DNA of 32,000 nt from Dickeya dadantii NCPPB 898 (GTDB lineage Bacteria; Pseudomonadota; Gammaproteobacteria; Enterobacterales; Enterobacteriaceae): positions 4,147,472 to 4,179,471 of the forward strand of contig NZ_CM001976.1 of the NCBI RefSeq assembly GCF_000406145.1, read 5' to 3'. The notes below the pieces were generated by a model. The model was not told the DNA's origin and made no database searches. It worked only from the letters and a program-made list of their open reading frames with translations. Below, one piece after another: positions 22,291-31,204 of this stretch. Positions within the stretch are counted from its first letter, which is position 1, and every line of letters begins with the position of its first letter. A program made the translations under genes and the position numbers.

Positions 22291-24211
22291 GCTTCAACGC
22301 CCTGATGGCGGATTCAATATCCATCACATATAACAATTCTGACGGCGGCGTTTTTACCTGCAAAGGGCACAAACGCTCTACGTCGGACAACAACTGCACG
22401 GCCTGAGCGAGCGTCCAGTTTTCACGCTCGCTGCCGAGCCGCCCGGCTATCCACGCCGCCACCGCATCAGGCTTCGCGTCATGAGAATCAGCGAGATAGC
22501 CTAGCAGGTCAGAAATCAAGTTTTGTAAATTTTGTTGTCTCAATGGTAAAGGTACCGCCCGCAGCGTAGCGCGCGGCGGCGCCAGCTCGACTTCTATTCC
22601 CATGCGGGCCAACAGCGGCTGTTGCTGCAGCATGACCGTCAGCTCGGACGGGTTCAGCGTCAGCCGCTGCGGAATCAGCAATGGCTGCGGCCGTAACCCT
22701 TCGCCAGCCTCCAACGGCGTCAACTGCGCCTGCCGAAGGTAACGCTCCGCCACGGTCAGCGACAACAACGCCAGACCGTGCTGATATTCCACCAGCGCAT
22801 AGCTGGGCGGATACACCGTCAGCACTCGCCCCAGCCCCAGCGCATGGCTCTCCAGCGGCGCTTCGCCGACTGCCGCCGTCTTTTCCGTCATATCGCGCTG
22901 CGTCGTGGGTGCATCCTTCACTGGCGGCGCCTCTCGGGCGACCGTTTGTTGCCGCGATGACTCAGTATGCAGAAACTGCTGATACAGTTCGCCCTGTTTC
23001 TTTTGATAGCCGGCGGTCTCGGTTCGGGCAGGCTGACGTTCACGGGAATGGTGACTCTCCACGTGGCGTCCCGCGCTACCCGACGATGCCGCTCTCGGCG
23101 TCTCCGGCGTCGGTTCTGCCGGTCGGGCAAACTGATTTTCACCTGCGGCCGTCCGATTTTCCGGCTGCCATGTCGCCATCGGCGTCTCGCCGGCACCGGT
23201 CAGCCCCGGCGACGCCGCCTGCTGCAAGACCGTCATCACCCCCTGATAGATAAAGTCATGCACCAGCCGGGCCTGATGGAAGCGAACCTCATGCTTGGCC
23301 GGGTGCACATTGACATCCACCTGATGCGGGTCGACCTCCAGATACAGCACATACGCCGGCTGCTGTTCATCTCGCAGCTGATCCTGATACGCCTGACGAA
23401 TCGCATGATTGATTAAACGGTCACGCATCATGCGCTGATTGACGTAGCAATACTGCATTTCGGGCAACTGGCGCGACCCGGACGGATCCGCCACCCAACC
23501 GTGAATTTTCAGATCGCCATGCTGCCAGGAAATCGCCAGCGCATGCTGCAAAAACGCCGCACCACAGATGCTGCCGAGCCGTCTCTCGCGCTGGCCGGGA
23601 TCAGACACCGCACGATATTGCCGGATTAACTTACCGTTGTGATGCAAGGTGATCGCCACATCGAAACGCGCCAGCGCGATGCGCCGCACTACTTCATCAA
23701 TGTGCATGAATTCCGTTTTTTCGGTACGCAGAAACTTGCGTCTGGCCGGGGTGTTGTAAAACAGATCCAGCACTTCCAGCGTTGTGCCAACCGGGTGCGC
23801 CGCCGGTTTGACGGTCACCGCCATATCCCGCCCTTCGGCATAGGCCTGCCACGCTTCCGCTTGCGCGTCGGTACGGGAAGTCAGCGTCAGGCGGGAGACC
23901 GAACTGATACTGGCCAGCGCTTCGCCGCGGAACCCCAGACTGACGATCGCTTCCAGATCGTCAAGCGTGGCGATCTTGCTGGTAGCGTGACGAGCCAGCG
24001 CCAGCGCCAGATCCGCCTTGCCGATACCGCAGCCGTTATCCCGAATGCGAATCAGCTTCGCACCGCCGCGTTCGATTTCGATATCGATCCGCGTCGCCCC
24101 GGCATCCAGGCTGTTTTCCACCAGTTCCTTGACCACGGAAGCGGGCCGCTCCACCACCTCGCCGGCGGCGATCTGGTTCGCTAACTGGGGCGGCAGCACC
24201 TGAATCGGCAT
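22283..24211 (-). CDS. mutL: DNA mismatch repair protein MutL (642 aa)
   Basis: The start at the ATG at 24211, preceded by AGGAGA, gives [44 protein letters not shown].. and coincides with the E. coli MutL N-terminus. The central Pro/Ala/Thr-rich linker is variable, as is usual for MutL. Confidence 0.96.
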   Translation of the reverse strand: MPIQVLPPQLANQIAAGEVVERPASVVKELVENSLDAGATRIDIEIERGGAKLIRIRDNGCGIGKADLALALARHATSKIATLDDLEAIVSLGFRGEALASISSVSRLTLTSRTDAQAEAWQAYAEGRDMAVTVKPAAHPVGTTLEVLDLFYNTPARRKFLRTEKTEFMHIDEVVRRIALARFDVAITLHHNGKLIRQYRAVSDPGQRERRLGSICGAAFLQHALAISWQHGDLKIHGWVADPSGSRQLPEMQYCYVNQRMMRDRLINHAIRQAYQDQLRDEQQPAYVLYLEVDPHQVDVNVHPAKHEVRFHQARLVHDFIYQGVMTVLQQAASPGLTGAGETPMATWQPENRTAAGENQFARPAEPTPETPRAASSGSAGRHVESHHSRERQPARTETAGYQKKQGELYQQFLHTESSRQQTVAREAPPVKDAPTTQRDMTEKTAAVGEAPLESHALGLGRVLTVYPPSYALVEYQHGLALLSLTVAERYLRQAQLTPLEAGEGLRPQPLLIPQRLTLNPSELTVMLQQQPLLARMGIEVELAPPRATLRAVPLPLRQQNLQNLISDLLGYLADSHDAKPDAVAAWIAGRLGSERENWTLAQAVQLLSDVERLCPLQVKTPPSELLYVMDIESAIRALKHE

Positions 24212-24238
24212 GAACTCTCCTCGTTTCACCCACCCGGA

Positions 24239-25915
24239 TCAGGCAGAAGGGATAATCAGTGTCTGCCCCAACTGCACGGTTCCGGAAGACATATTGTTCG
24301 CCTGCTGGATCGCTTTCATGCTCACGCCATAACGGCTGGCGATGGCACTCAGCGTATCGCCCAGCGTTACTTTGTGTTTTATCACGGTTGCGCTTTTCTT
24401 CTCGCCCGAAGATGGCGTCGCCGCCACGGGTTTGCTCTTCGTCGCCGAGGCGATATTGACCGCCGGTGAGGCGCCAGAGGGGATCTTCAGCCGTTGTCCG
24501 ACCCAGACCTCGTCTTTTTTCAGGCGGTTTGCGTCACGAATGGCGCTCATGCTAACGCCATAACGTGCGGCGATTCCCGATAATGTTTCTCCGGTCGCCA
24601 CAGTATGACGCACCGTTGCCCCTGTGGCGATCTGAGCTGGCTCAGTGGCTGCTGCGTTTTTCACCGTCTGCGAGCCGAGCGGACGGTTTTCCTGCTTTGG
24701 GATATTTTGTAACGGATGAGTCTGGAAATAGCTGCGCAACCCCTGATAGATGGCGTTGGCAATTTTTTCCTGATACTCGTTGCTGCCCAGCAGCCGTTCC
24801 TCGCTCGGATTAGAAATGAACCCGGTTTCCACCAGCAGAGACGGAATATCCGGTGAACGCAATACGCCCAGACTAGCGTGTTCCGGTCGGCGTTTATGCA
24901 GGCTGCCGACACGCTGCAGTTCGCGCAGCACTTTCACCGCCACATCATACCCCACCCGCTGTGAATGCCCGAATTGCAGATCCAGCACCGCCTGACTCAG
25001 GTACGGATCGGCCGCGCTGTTGGCCAGCAGGTCGCCCGCGCCCCCCAGCAATTCGGACTGTTTTTCATGCTGTTCCAGCCAGTTGGCCATTTCACTGTTG
25101 GCGCGCCGGTTGGACAGTACCCACACTGATGCGCCGGTTGCGCCGCGGTTGGGCGCCGCGTCCGCATGAATCGATACCAGCAGGTTGGCGCCCTGCTTAC
25201 GCGCTACATCGGAACGCCCCATCACCGAAATAAAGTAGTCGCCGTCGCGGGTCAACACCGGTTTGAACGCCGGATCGGCGCTCATGATGGCGCGCAGTTT
25301 ACGGGCTATCGAAATGGTGACGTTTTTTTCATGTAGCCCGCCTGGTCCGGTAGCGCCGGGGTCCTGACCGCCGTGGCCGGCGTCAATCGCTACGATGATT
25401 TTCTCGCCGCTACCCACCCGCCCCGATACACGGGTCGGCGTAGCCGCTACCGCTGATGTCTGGGGAACCAGAGGATTGCGCCCGGCCTGCGCCGACGGTT
25501 GCACAGGTTGAACCGCAGATTTGCGGAGCGCCGTTTTGCGTTCGCCAGTCAGAGTAAAGACGGCGCCATTGCCTTCCTTCACGGCCTGAACCTGCGCCTT
25601 TTGGGTCAGGTCCAGCACCAGACGCAGGCTTTTCGGGTCTTTAGCATTGCTGGTGCGAATGCGGGCAATCAGATTCTGGCCGTTAAACGCGAGCGGCAGC
25701 CCTTTCATCATGCCGGACTGGCTGATATCGATAACCACCCGATTGGGATTGTTCAGCGAAAAGTATTCATACACCGGCTGGCCGCCAAAACTCAGCGTAA
25801 CGACCGCCTCGCTGGCGGCATTATTCACCCGGATATCGGTCAGGCTGCTCGCCCACAGCGGCGATGACAACATCAGCATCAGCCCCAGCAGAGCTTTCAT
25901 CAACCGCACAGTCAT
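24239..25915 (-). CDS. amiB: N-acetylmuramoyl-L-alanine amidase AmiB with two C-terminal LysM domains (558 aa)
   Basis: I chose the ATG at 25915, which overlaps the tsaE TGA (ATGA) and gives [25 protein letters not shown] (a signal peptide). The alternative start is the ATG at 25900. The protein has an AMIN-like N-terminus and an amidase_3 core ([21 protein letters not shown]..). It carries two LysM repeats ([19 protein letters not shown].., [19 protein letters not shown]..). The 52-codon upstream extension in the ORF track is rejected. Confidence 0.92.
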   Translation of the reverse strand: MTVRLMKALLGLMLMLSSPLWASSLTDIRVNNAASEAVVTLSFGGQPVYEYFSLNNPNRVVIDISQSGMMKGLPLAFNGQNLIARIRTSNAKDPKSLRLVLDLTQKAQVQAVKEGNGAVFTLTGERKTALRKSAVQPVQPSAQAGRNPLVPQTSAVAATPTRVSGRVGSGEKIIVAIDAGHGGQDPGATGPGGLHEKNVTISIARKLRAIMSADPAFKPVLTRDGDYFISVMGRSDVARKQGANLLVSIHADAAPNRGATGASVWVLSNRRANSEMANWLEQHEKQSELLGGAGDLLANSAADPYLSQAVLDLQFGHSQRVGYDVAVKVLRELQRVGSLHKRRPEHASLGVLRSPDIPSLLVETGFISNPSEERLLGSNEYQEKIANAIYQGLRSYFQTHPLQNIPKQENRPLGSQTVKNAAATEPAQIATGATVRHTVATGETLSGIAARYGVSMSAIRDANRLKKDEVWVGQRLKIPSGASPAVNIASATKSKPVAATPSSGEKKSATVIKHKVTLGDTLSAIASRYGVSMKAIQQANNMSSGTVQLGQTLIIPSA

Positions 25916-26394
25916 GGCGCTTCTTGCTCCGGCCAGGCGGCCAACGCCGCCACGATCTGCTCGCCCTGCGGCGTACGGGCATTGATCTCCGCCTGCCGGC
26001 CTGCTCCCTGATAGCCAAGATGTAATTCGACATCGGCTTGCGGCAAAAAACCCGTTCCTTGTTGCGGCCACTCAATCAGGCAGAGGGCATCCTGCGACAA
26101 ATAGTCACGAATGCCCATGAACTCCAGTTCTTCAGGATCCGCCAGTCGATAAAGGTCGAAGTGATACACTGGGCGCGGTAGCAGCGCATACGGCTCTACC
26201 AGCGTATAGGTCGGGCTTTTCACATTGCCCTGATGACCCAACGCTTGCAGGAATCCGCGGCTCAGCGTGGTTTTCCCCGCCCCCAGATCGCCCAGCAGAT
26301 AAATAATGGTGGCGCGCTCGCAGGCTCGGGCTAACGCCGCTCCCAGCGCAATCGTGGCTGCCTCGTCCGGCAAAGGTAACAAAAGCGTCTTCAT
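25912..26394 (-). CDS. tsaE: tRNA t6A37 biosynthesis ATPase TsaE (160 aa)
   Basis: ..[43 protein letters not shown].. matches E. coli YjeE/TsaE. The ATG overlaps the nnr TGA. Confidence 0.93.
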   Translation of the reverse strand: MKTLLLPLPDEAATIALGAALARACERATIIYLLGDLGAGKTTLSRGFLQALGHQGNVKSPTYTLVEPYALLPRPVYHFDLYRLADPEELEFMGIRDYLSQDALCLIEWPQQGTGFLPQADVELHLGYQGAGRQAEINARTPQGEQIVAALAAWPEQEAP

Positions 26395-27932
26395 TCTGTG
26401 TTTTCTAAGGATATCCGCTCAGGATTTACATACTGCGGCAATACCGCCATTAAATCGGTTGCCAACATCCCGCGTGTGCCCTGCCGCCGCGCCAGCCAGT
26501 CCGCTGCCGCTCCGTGGGCTACACAACCGGCGCAGGCAGCGTCGTATAACGACAGCCCTTGCGCCAGCATCGCCCCAATCATGCCCGCCAGCACGTCGCC
26601 CATACCGCCGGTCGCCATGCCGGGATTCCCCACATCGACGATCGCCAATTCGCCCTGCTCGCCAGCCAGCACCGTACCGGCGCCTTTTAGCAGGACCACG
26701 CCGCCATAGCGTTTCACCAGGCGTTGTGCAGCAAGTAAGCGATCACTTTCAATATCGGCAATCCGGCAGTTCAGCAGACGGGCGGCTTCGCCGGGATGAG
26801 GCGTCAAAACGCGATTCTGACGTTTATGCGGGCTGATTGCCAGCAGGTTGAGCGCATCGGCATCCCATAACATGGATTTGTTACAATTTTCTGCGATTCG
26901 CAGTGCGTTTTTTCCCCATTCACGCTGCCCCAGCCCCGGCCCGATCACCACCACATCCGCCCATTCGACACCGGCTTTGACCGAATCGGTTGTCAGTTCC
27001 TGCACCATCAGCTCCGGACGTGCCACCAGCAAGGCGGCCAGATAGCTTTTGTGAGTGAGCACTCGCACCAGACCTGCGCCACTGCGTAACGCCGCCTCTC
27101 CGGCCATGAAAATCGCACCGCCGGTGCCCTCATCGCCGCCGATAATCAACAAACGGCCGTGCTCGCCTTTATGCGCGCCCGGACGCCGCGGTTTCAGCCA
27201 TTGCGTCAGCGACGCCGCGGTCAAACGCGCGATCGGCGCCGATTGTTGCGCCAGCCAATCGCCTAGCCCCAAATCATGGTGATGAAGCTGCCCGACGACA
27301 TCCCGTGCCTGACCGGTCAACAAACCGGGTTTCAGCGTAATAAACGTCACCGTGTGAGCGGCGTGAATCGCGGCTCCTGCACAGGCGCCGGTTTGCGCAT
27401 TCAATCCGGAAGGAATATCCAGCGCGACGATCGGCGCCGGATAGCGGTTGGCCTGGGTGATCAGGGCGTCATAAGGCGCGCGGGGCGCGGACGTCAGCCC
27501 GGTTCCCAACAGTCCGTCAATGATCAGGTCAATATCGTCAGGCCACAGCGCATCGACATGCTGCTCGCAGCCCCCGGCATCGCACCATGCCTGACGCGCC
27601 AGATGCGCTTCTGCCGGCAGGGACCGATCGCCGCTCCCCGCCACCACCGTTACCGCAACCCCTGCGGCGCGGGCCAGCGCGGCCACCACATACCCGTCGC
27701 CGCCGTTATTGCCATGCCCGCACAGAATCAGCCAGTGCCGTGCGGTGGGATACTGCTGTTGCGCGATGCGAAAAGCGGCATCGCCCGCGCGCTGCATAAG
27801 CGTATTTAATGAAACGCCGACATAGTCCGCCGCATGGGGTTCCTCACGGCGCAGCCAATCGGGTAGAAAAACAGTTTGAGGCAGGTCGGGCAATGATCCG
27901 CCGGGCTGATACACGCAATGGTCTTGATGCAT
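26391..27932 (-). CDS. nnr: Bifunctional NAD(P)H-hydrate repair enzyme, epimerase/dehydratase (513 aa)
   Basis: The protein has the two-domain YjeF architecture (N-terminal ..[16 protein letters not shown].., C-terminal carbohydrate-kinase-like ..[16 protein letters not shown]..). Its length and position match E. coli YjeF. Confidence 0.93.
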   Translation of the reverse strand: MHQDHCVYQPGGSLPDLPQTVFLPDWLRREEPHAADYVGVSLNTLMQRAGDAAFRIAQQQYPTARHWLILCGHGNNGGDGYVVAALARAAGVAVTVVAGSGDRSLPAEAHLARQAWCDAGGCEQHVDALWPDDIDLIIDGLLGTGLTSAPRAPYDALITQANRYPAPIVALDIPSGLNAQTGACAGAAIHAAHTVTFITLKPGLLTGQARDVVGQLHHHDLGLGDWLAQQSAPIARLTAASLTQWLKPRRPGAHKGEHGRLLIIGGDEGTGGAIFMAGEAALRSGAGLVRVLTHKSYLAALLVARPELMVQELTTDSVKAGVEWADVVVIGPGLGQREWGKNALRIAENCNKSMLWDADALNLLAISPHKRQNRVLTPHPGEAARLLNCRIADIESDRLLAAQRLVKRYGGVVLLKGAGTVLAGEQGELAIVDVGNPGMATGGMGDVLAGMIGAMLAQGLSLYDAACAGCVAHGAAADWLARRQGTRGMLATDLMAVLPQYVNPERISLENTE

Positions 27933-28040
27933 GTCATCCCTCCGTCGGTAAGAGGATAGTGCGCTTCAACTTAGCAAGGTCTGCCGGGAAGCGCCATACG
28001 CGGATAAACGGAAAAAGATAACAGACACGCTGCATTCAAT

Positions 28041-28949
28041 TCAGCGCAGCGACCCTTCCAGCACATCGACAAACTGTTTTAATGCTTGTACATGCGTCTG
28101 CACGGTTTGCTCGTCGTAGCTTATTCGCAACGTGTCACGCATATCACTAATGAATGTCGCCGACGAAGACAGATCCGCCGAAGCAAAACGGTTCGTTACC
28201 CGTTCTCCGGCAATTGACTGGAACAATTTTTCGGCATTCGTCTGATATTCACTGCTCCATTCGGGGTGCTGGGGAAGCTGCTTCACGAAATCGAGATAAG
28301 GCGAAAACCAGTCGCCGCCGCTTTCCAGCGCATCCCGATATGCCTGATAGCGGCCAGGATCTTTTTCCTTCATCAGTTCGGCGACATCCACTTTATATTC
28401 GTTCGTGCCGGGAACACGCTCAGGCAGAGTAAGATAAGAGACGTTGCCGCCGTCATCCACCTGACGCGTATTCACTACCGATGCCAGCAGATTCATACTT
28501 TCCATAAACGCCGTTTTCTTATTGCCGCTTAAATAACGCTCGGCAAAATAGCCGGCCTGAGATAAACCGAGTTCCAGCGCCAGCTGACGCTGCTCGTCGT
28601 CCGACTCAGTCGCATTTACGAAGTTGTCGTCAATCAGGCGGTATATGGCTTGCGAAACCTGTTCCGGTTGATCGGCCAGCGCATCCGCTATGCCATTATC
28701 GATCTGCGAAGAAAAATAATACCGTGCCGGCGACGTCACCATATCTCCTTCCGCCAGTTGGCGTCCTTCATTACTGATTTGGACGTATTCAACCGCCTGT
28801 TTCTCCGAAGGCGCCACATACACCATGGTCGCCTCCTGCGGCTTATTGGGGTCAATATGCAAATTCAGATCCTGATTCACCAGCCGGTAAGCCGAAAGCG
28901 CTGTTGTTTCCACTTCATTTCCTCCCAGAGCCATGACGAATATTGCCAA
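28041..28949 (-). CDS. Hypothetical acidic Cys-free protein with no family recognised (302 codons from TTG at 28949; 297 from ATG at 28934; 261 from ATG at 28826)
   Basis: This is the only long uninterrupted frame here, and the competing frames are short. The region is visibly more AT-rich than its neighbours. The tracked start is TTG. The first ATG (28934) has no Shine-Dalgarno sequence. The ATG at 28826 is preceded by a perfect AGGAGG with a 5-nt spacer. The protein has 46 D/E versus 25 K/R by my count, no Cys, and no signal peptide or TM segment. Confidence 0.7.
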   Translation of the reverse strand: MAIFVMALGGNEVETTALSAYRLVNQDLNLHIDPNKPQEATMVYVAPSEKQAVEYVQISNEGRQLAEGDMVTSPARYYFSSQIDNGIADALADQPEQVSQAIYRLIDDNFVNATESDDEQRQLALELGLSQAGYFAERYLSGNKKTAFMESMNLLASVVNTRQVDDGGNVSYLTLPERVPGTNEYKVDVAELMKEKDPGRYQAYRDALESGGDWFSPYLDFVKQLPQHPEWSSEYQTNAEKLFQSIAGERVTNRFASADLSSSATFISDMRDTLRISYDEQTVQTHVQALKQFVDVLEGSLR

Positions 28950-29089
28950 TTAGCTCAAATTATCGACACTCTGTGCAAAATTATTAATATATATGTCAAT
29001 TTATTACTAACACTATCATCGACTCGCCGCGAACGACGCAGGGACAATGTGATAAAATCAGACGTCCGGTTTTTTCTTGATGGTTACGC

Positions 29090-30229
29090 ATGACATACCC
29101 CTACGATCTCAACGAACTCGCACAGCTCATCAAACAATGGGGACTTGAATTGGGTTTCCAGCAAGTGGGGATTTGCGACACGGATTTATCTCATGAAGAG
29201 CCCCGGCTTCAGGCATGGCTCGACAAGCAGTATCACGGCGAAATGGAATGGATGGCGCGCCACGGCATGATGCGGGCCCGTCCACATGAGTTGTTGCCCG
29301 GAACGTTACGCGTCATCAGCGTACGCATGAATTATCTGCCGGCCAAAGCCGCGTTTGCCAGTACGCTGAAAAGCCCGAACCTCGGATACGTCAGCCGCTA
29401 CGCACTGGGGCGTGATTATCATAAGTTACTGCGTCAACGCCTTAAAAAGCTGGGCGACCGAATTCAGACGCACTGCGGCGAGTTGCAGTTTCGTCCCTTT
29501 GTCGATTCCGCTCCGATCATGGAACGGCCACTGGCCGCCAAGGCCGGGCTTGGTTGGGTTGGCAAGCACTCACTGGTGTTGAACCGGGAAGCCGGGTCCT
29601 GGTTCTTTCTGGGGGAACTGCTGATTGACCTGCCCTTACCGGTAGACCAGCCGGTTGAAGAACAGTGTGGTAAATGCGTAGCCTGCATGACTACCTGCCC
29701 TACCGGCGCGATTGTCGAGCCTTATACTGTTGATGCTCGCCGTTGCATTTCCTACCTGACTATTGAGCTGGAGGGCGCAATTCCGGAACCTCTGCGTCCG
29801 CTAATGGGGAACCGCATCTACGGCTGTGACGATTGCCAACTGATTTGCCCCTGGAATCGCTTCTCGCAACTGACCGATGAAGCTGATTTCAGCCCGCGGG
29901 CGGCTTTACATGCGCCGGAGCTGCTGACGCTGTTTAGTTGGGATGAAACCCGTTTTTTGCGGGTAACTGAAGGTTCCGCCATCCGGCGCATCGGCCACGA
30001 ACGCTGGTTGCGCAATATCGCCGTCGCACTGGGCAACGCGCCCTACGAAGATCGGATCATTTTGGCGCTGCGGGGCCGGCTGGGGGAAAGCGCCTTGCTG
30101 GACGAACATATTCATTGGGCCATCGACCAACAGCTAACCCGACGCGGTCAACAATCGGTTGACGTTCAACCGCCGCAAAAAAAACGGTTAATCCGCGCGA
30201 TAGAGAAAGGTTTGCCGCGAGACGCCTGA
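29090..30229 (+). CDS. queG: Epoxyqueuosine reductase (379 aa)
   Basis: ..LIKQWGLELGFQQVGICDTDLSHEEPRLQAWLDKQYHGEMEWMARHGM.. together with the ferredoxin-type motifs CGKCVACMTTCP and CDDCQLICP. It has the same length as E. coli QueG (YjeS). Confidence 0.96.
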   Translation: MTYPYDLNELAQLIKQWGLELGFQQVGICDTDLSHEEPRLQAWLDKQYHGEMEWMARHGMMRARPHELLPGTLRVISVRMNYLPAKAAFASTLKSPNLGYVSRYALGRDYHKLLRQRLKKLGDRIQTHCGELQFRPFVDSAPIMERPLAAKAGLGWVGKHSLVLNREAGSWFFLGELLIDLPLPVDQPVEEQCGKCVACMTTCPTGAIVEPYTVDARRCISYLTIELEGAIPEPLRPLMGNRIYGCDDCQLICPWNRFSQLTDEADFSPRAALHAPELLTLFSWDETRFLRVTEGSAIRRIGHERWLRNIAVALGNAPYEDRIILALRGRLGESALLDEHIHWAIDQQLTRRGQQSVDVQPPQKKRLIRAIEKGLPRDA

Positions 30230-30271
30230 AATTTTACGTTGCGATTGTTTGACGATACTGAACCATCCGTC

Positions 30272-30441
30272 TGTGGATAATTTTAAAAAAGCGTTGTCAA
30301 TCAATCATCACAAAAAGTACAAGTGATCTGGATAGCGTTTTTTATCATAAATTTATCTTTTTATTTCAATATCTTGAAATAATATCTTCTTCGTGACATT
30401 TCCGGGCAGGCGCAAATGGCCCGTTTTCAGGCTGTGGATAA
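30272..30441. promoter_or_regulatory. Candidate datA-like DnaA-binding locus (two perfect DnaA boxes flanking an AT-rich spacer)
   Basis: TGTGGATAA, the complement of TTATCCACA, occurs at 30272..30280 and 30433..30441 in the same orientation. The 152-nt spacer is AT-rich. It contains a 1-mismatch IHF-like site (TATCATAAATTTA, 30343..30355), an 8-bp-arm inverted repeat (30362..30381) and one GATC. The position between queG and tRNA-Gly matches where I recall E. coli datA. Confidence 0.45.
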
Positions 30442-30511
30442 GTCTGTTCAGAAAAGTATGAACATAAGCAGAAAAAGTGTATGACAATGAAGAAATGCAG
30501 AAGTGTAAAAC

Positions 30512-30587
<76 letters not shown>

Positions 30588-31094
30588 ACACGCAACGATT
30601 AAGTATTGACGCTTTTCCGCCAAACGCAAACTGACGTGATCACATTTTGCGCCACTTTTATGACAACACAGTTAACCTATTGATTTAACTGAATTTTAAA
30701 AGTCATATCGCAGAGAGGGCAGCATTATGAACCAATCTTTCCCTTCTGACAAGGGGAGATAAACAATTTTCTTTGCACCGCACTGAGCCCGGTAAGTGGT
30801 TTCACCCGTCAGCCATCACCGGTCCTTCCACACTCTGCCGATGACGCAAAAACGTATCCTGCCTGATTTTTGAAAATAAGGAAGCACGGTTTTATTTCAG
30901 AACATTCTCCTATAAAGAGTAAACGATAAAAATTCTTATTATCGAATATGACAAATAGGAAAATCACCACTAAAAAAAGTCCGTCATTGCTGTAAAATAG
31001 TGACTTAACCTGTAAAATCGGGACAGTAAAAGATAGGTACTGAACATAGATGATGCAGGCGCATCTGCTTGATATATATAAAACCCATACAATT

Positions 31095-31133
31095 CAGAGC
31101 TTTGGCAACTGTGAGCCAAGGGCGGTAGCTTGT
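31095..31133 (+). promoter_or_regulatory. JUMPstart element containing the ops site GGCGGTAG (RfaH loading site)
   Basis: CAGAGCTTTGGCAACTGTGAGCCAAGGGCGGTAGCTTGT closely resembles the 39-bp JUMPstart consensus I recall (CAGTGCTCTGGTAGCTGTAAAGCCAGGGGCGGTAGCGTG). A perfect ops 8-mer lies at 31121..31128. It is on the same strand as manC and 72 nt upstream of it. Confidence 0.85.
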
Positions 31134-31204
31134 CTGAATTAATATATCCCCAAGCGATTCGAAAAACCCCTTTTCGAACGGAAAACAATCAAGGTCATTA
31201 CAAG

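Noticed and set aside
22900-23250. Low-complexity Pro/Ala/Thr/Arg-rich coding in mutL, and Gly/Asn/Ser-rich coding at the hflK 5' end (about 19230..19430), considered as possible repeats or insertions.
   Set aside because: These correspond to the known variable interdomain linker of MutL and the disordered N-terminus of HflK. No nucleotide-level tandem repeat is apparent.
25916-26071. A 52-codon upstream extension of amiB running through the 3' end of tsaE. Similar short extensions exist for purA (to 16853), hflK (to 19472) and mutL (to 24229).
   Set aside because: The orthologue N-termini and the signal peptide begin at the internal ATGs. The amiB ATG at 25915 forms an ATGA overlap with the tsaE stop codon, a typical coupling arrangement.
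30970-31188. A 72-aa minus-strand ORF in the AT-rich region.
   Set aside because: It overlaps the JUMPstart/ops leader on the opposite strand, has no ribosome-binding site and has odd composition. It is most likely spurious.
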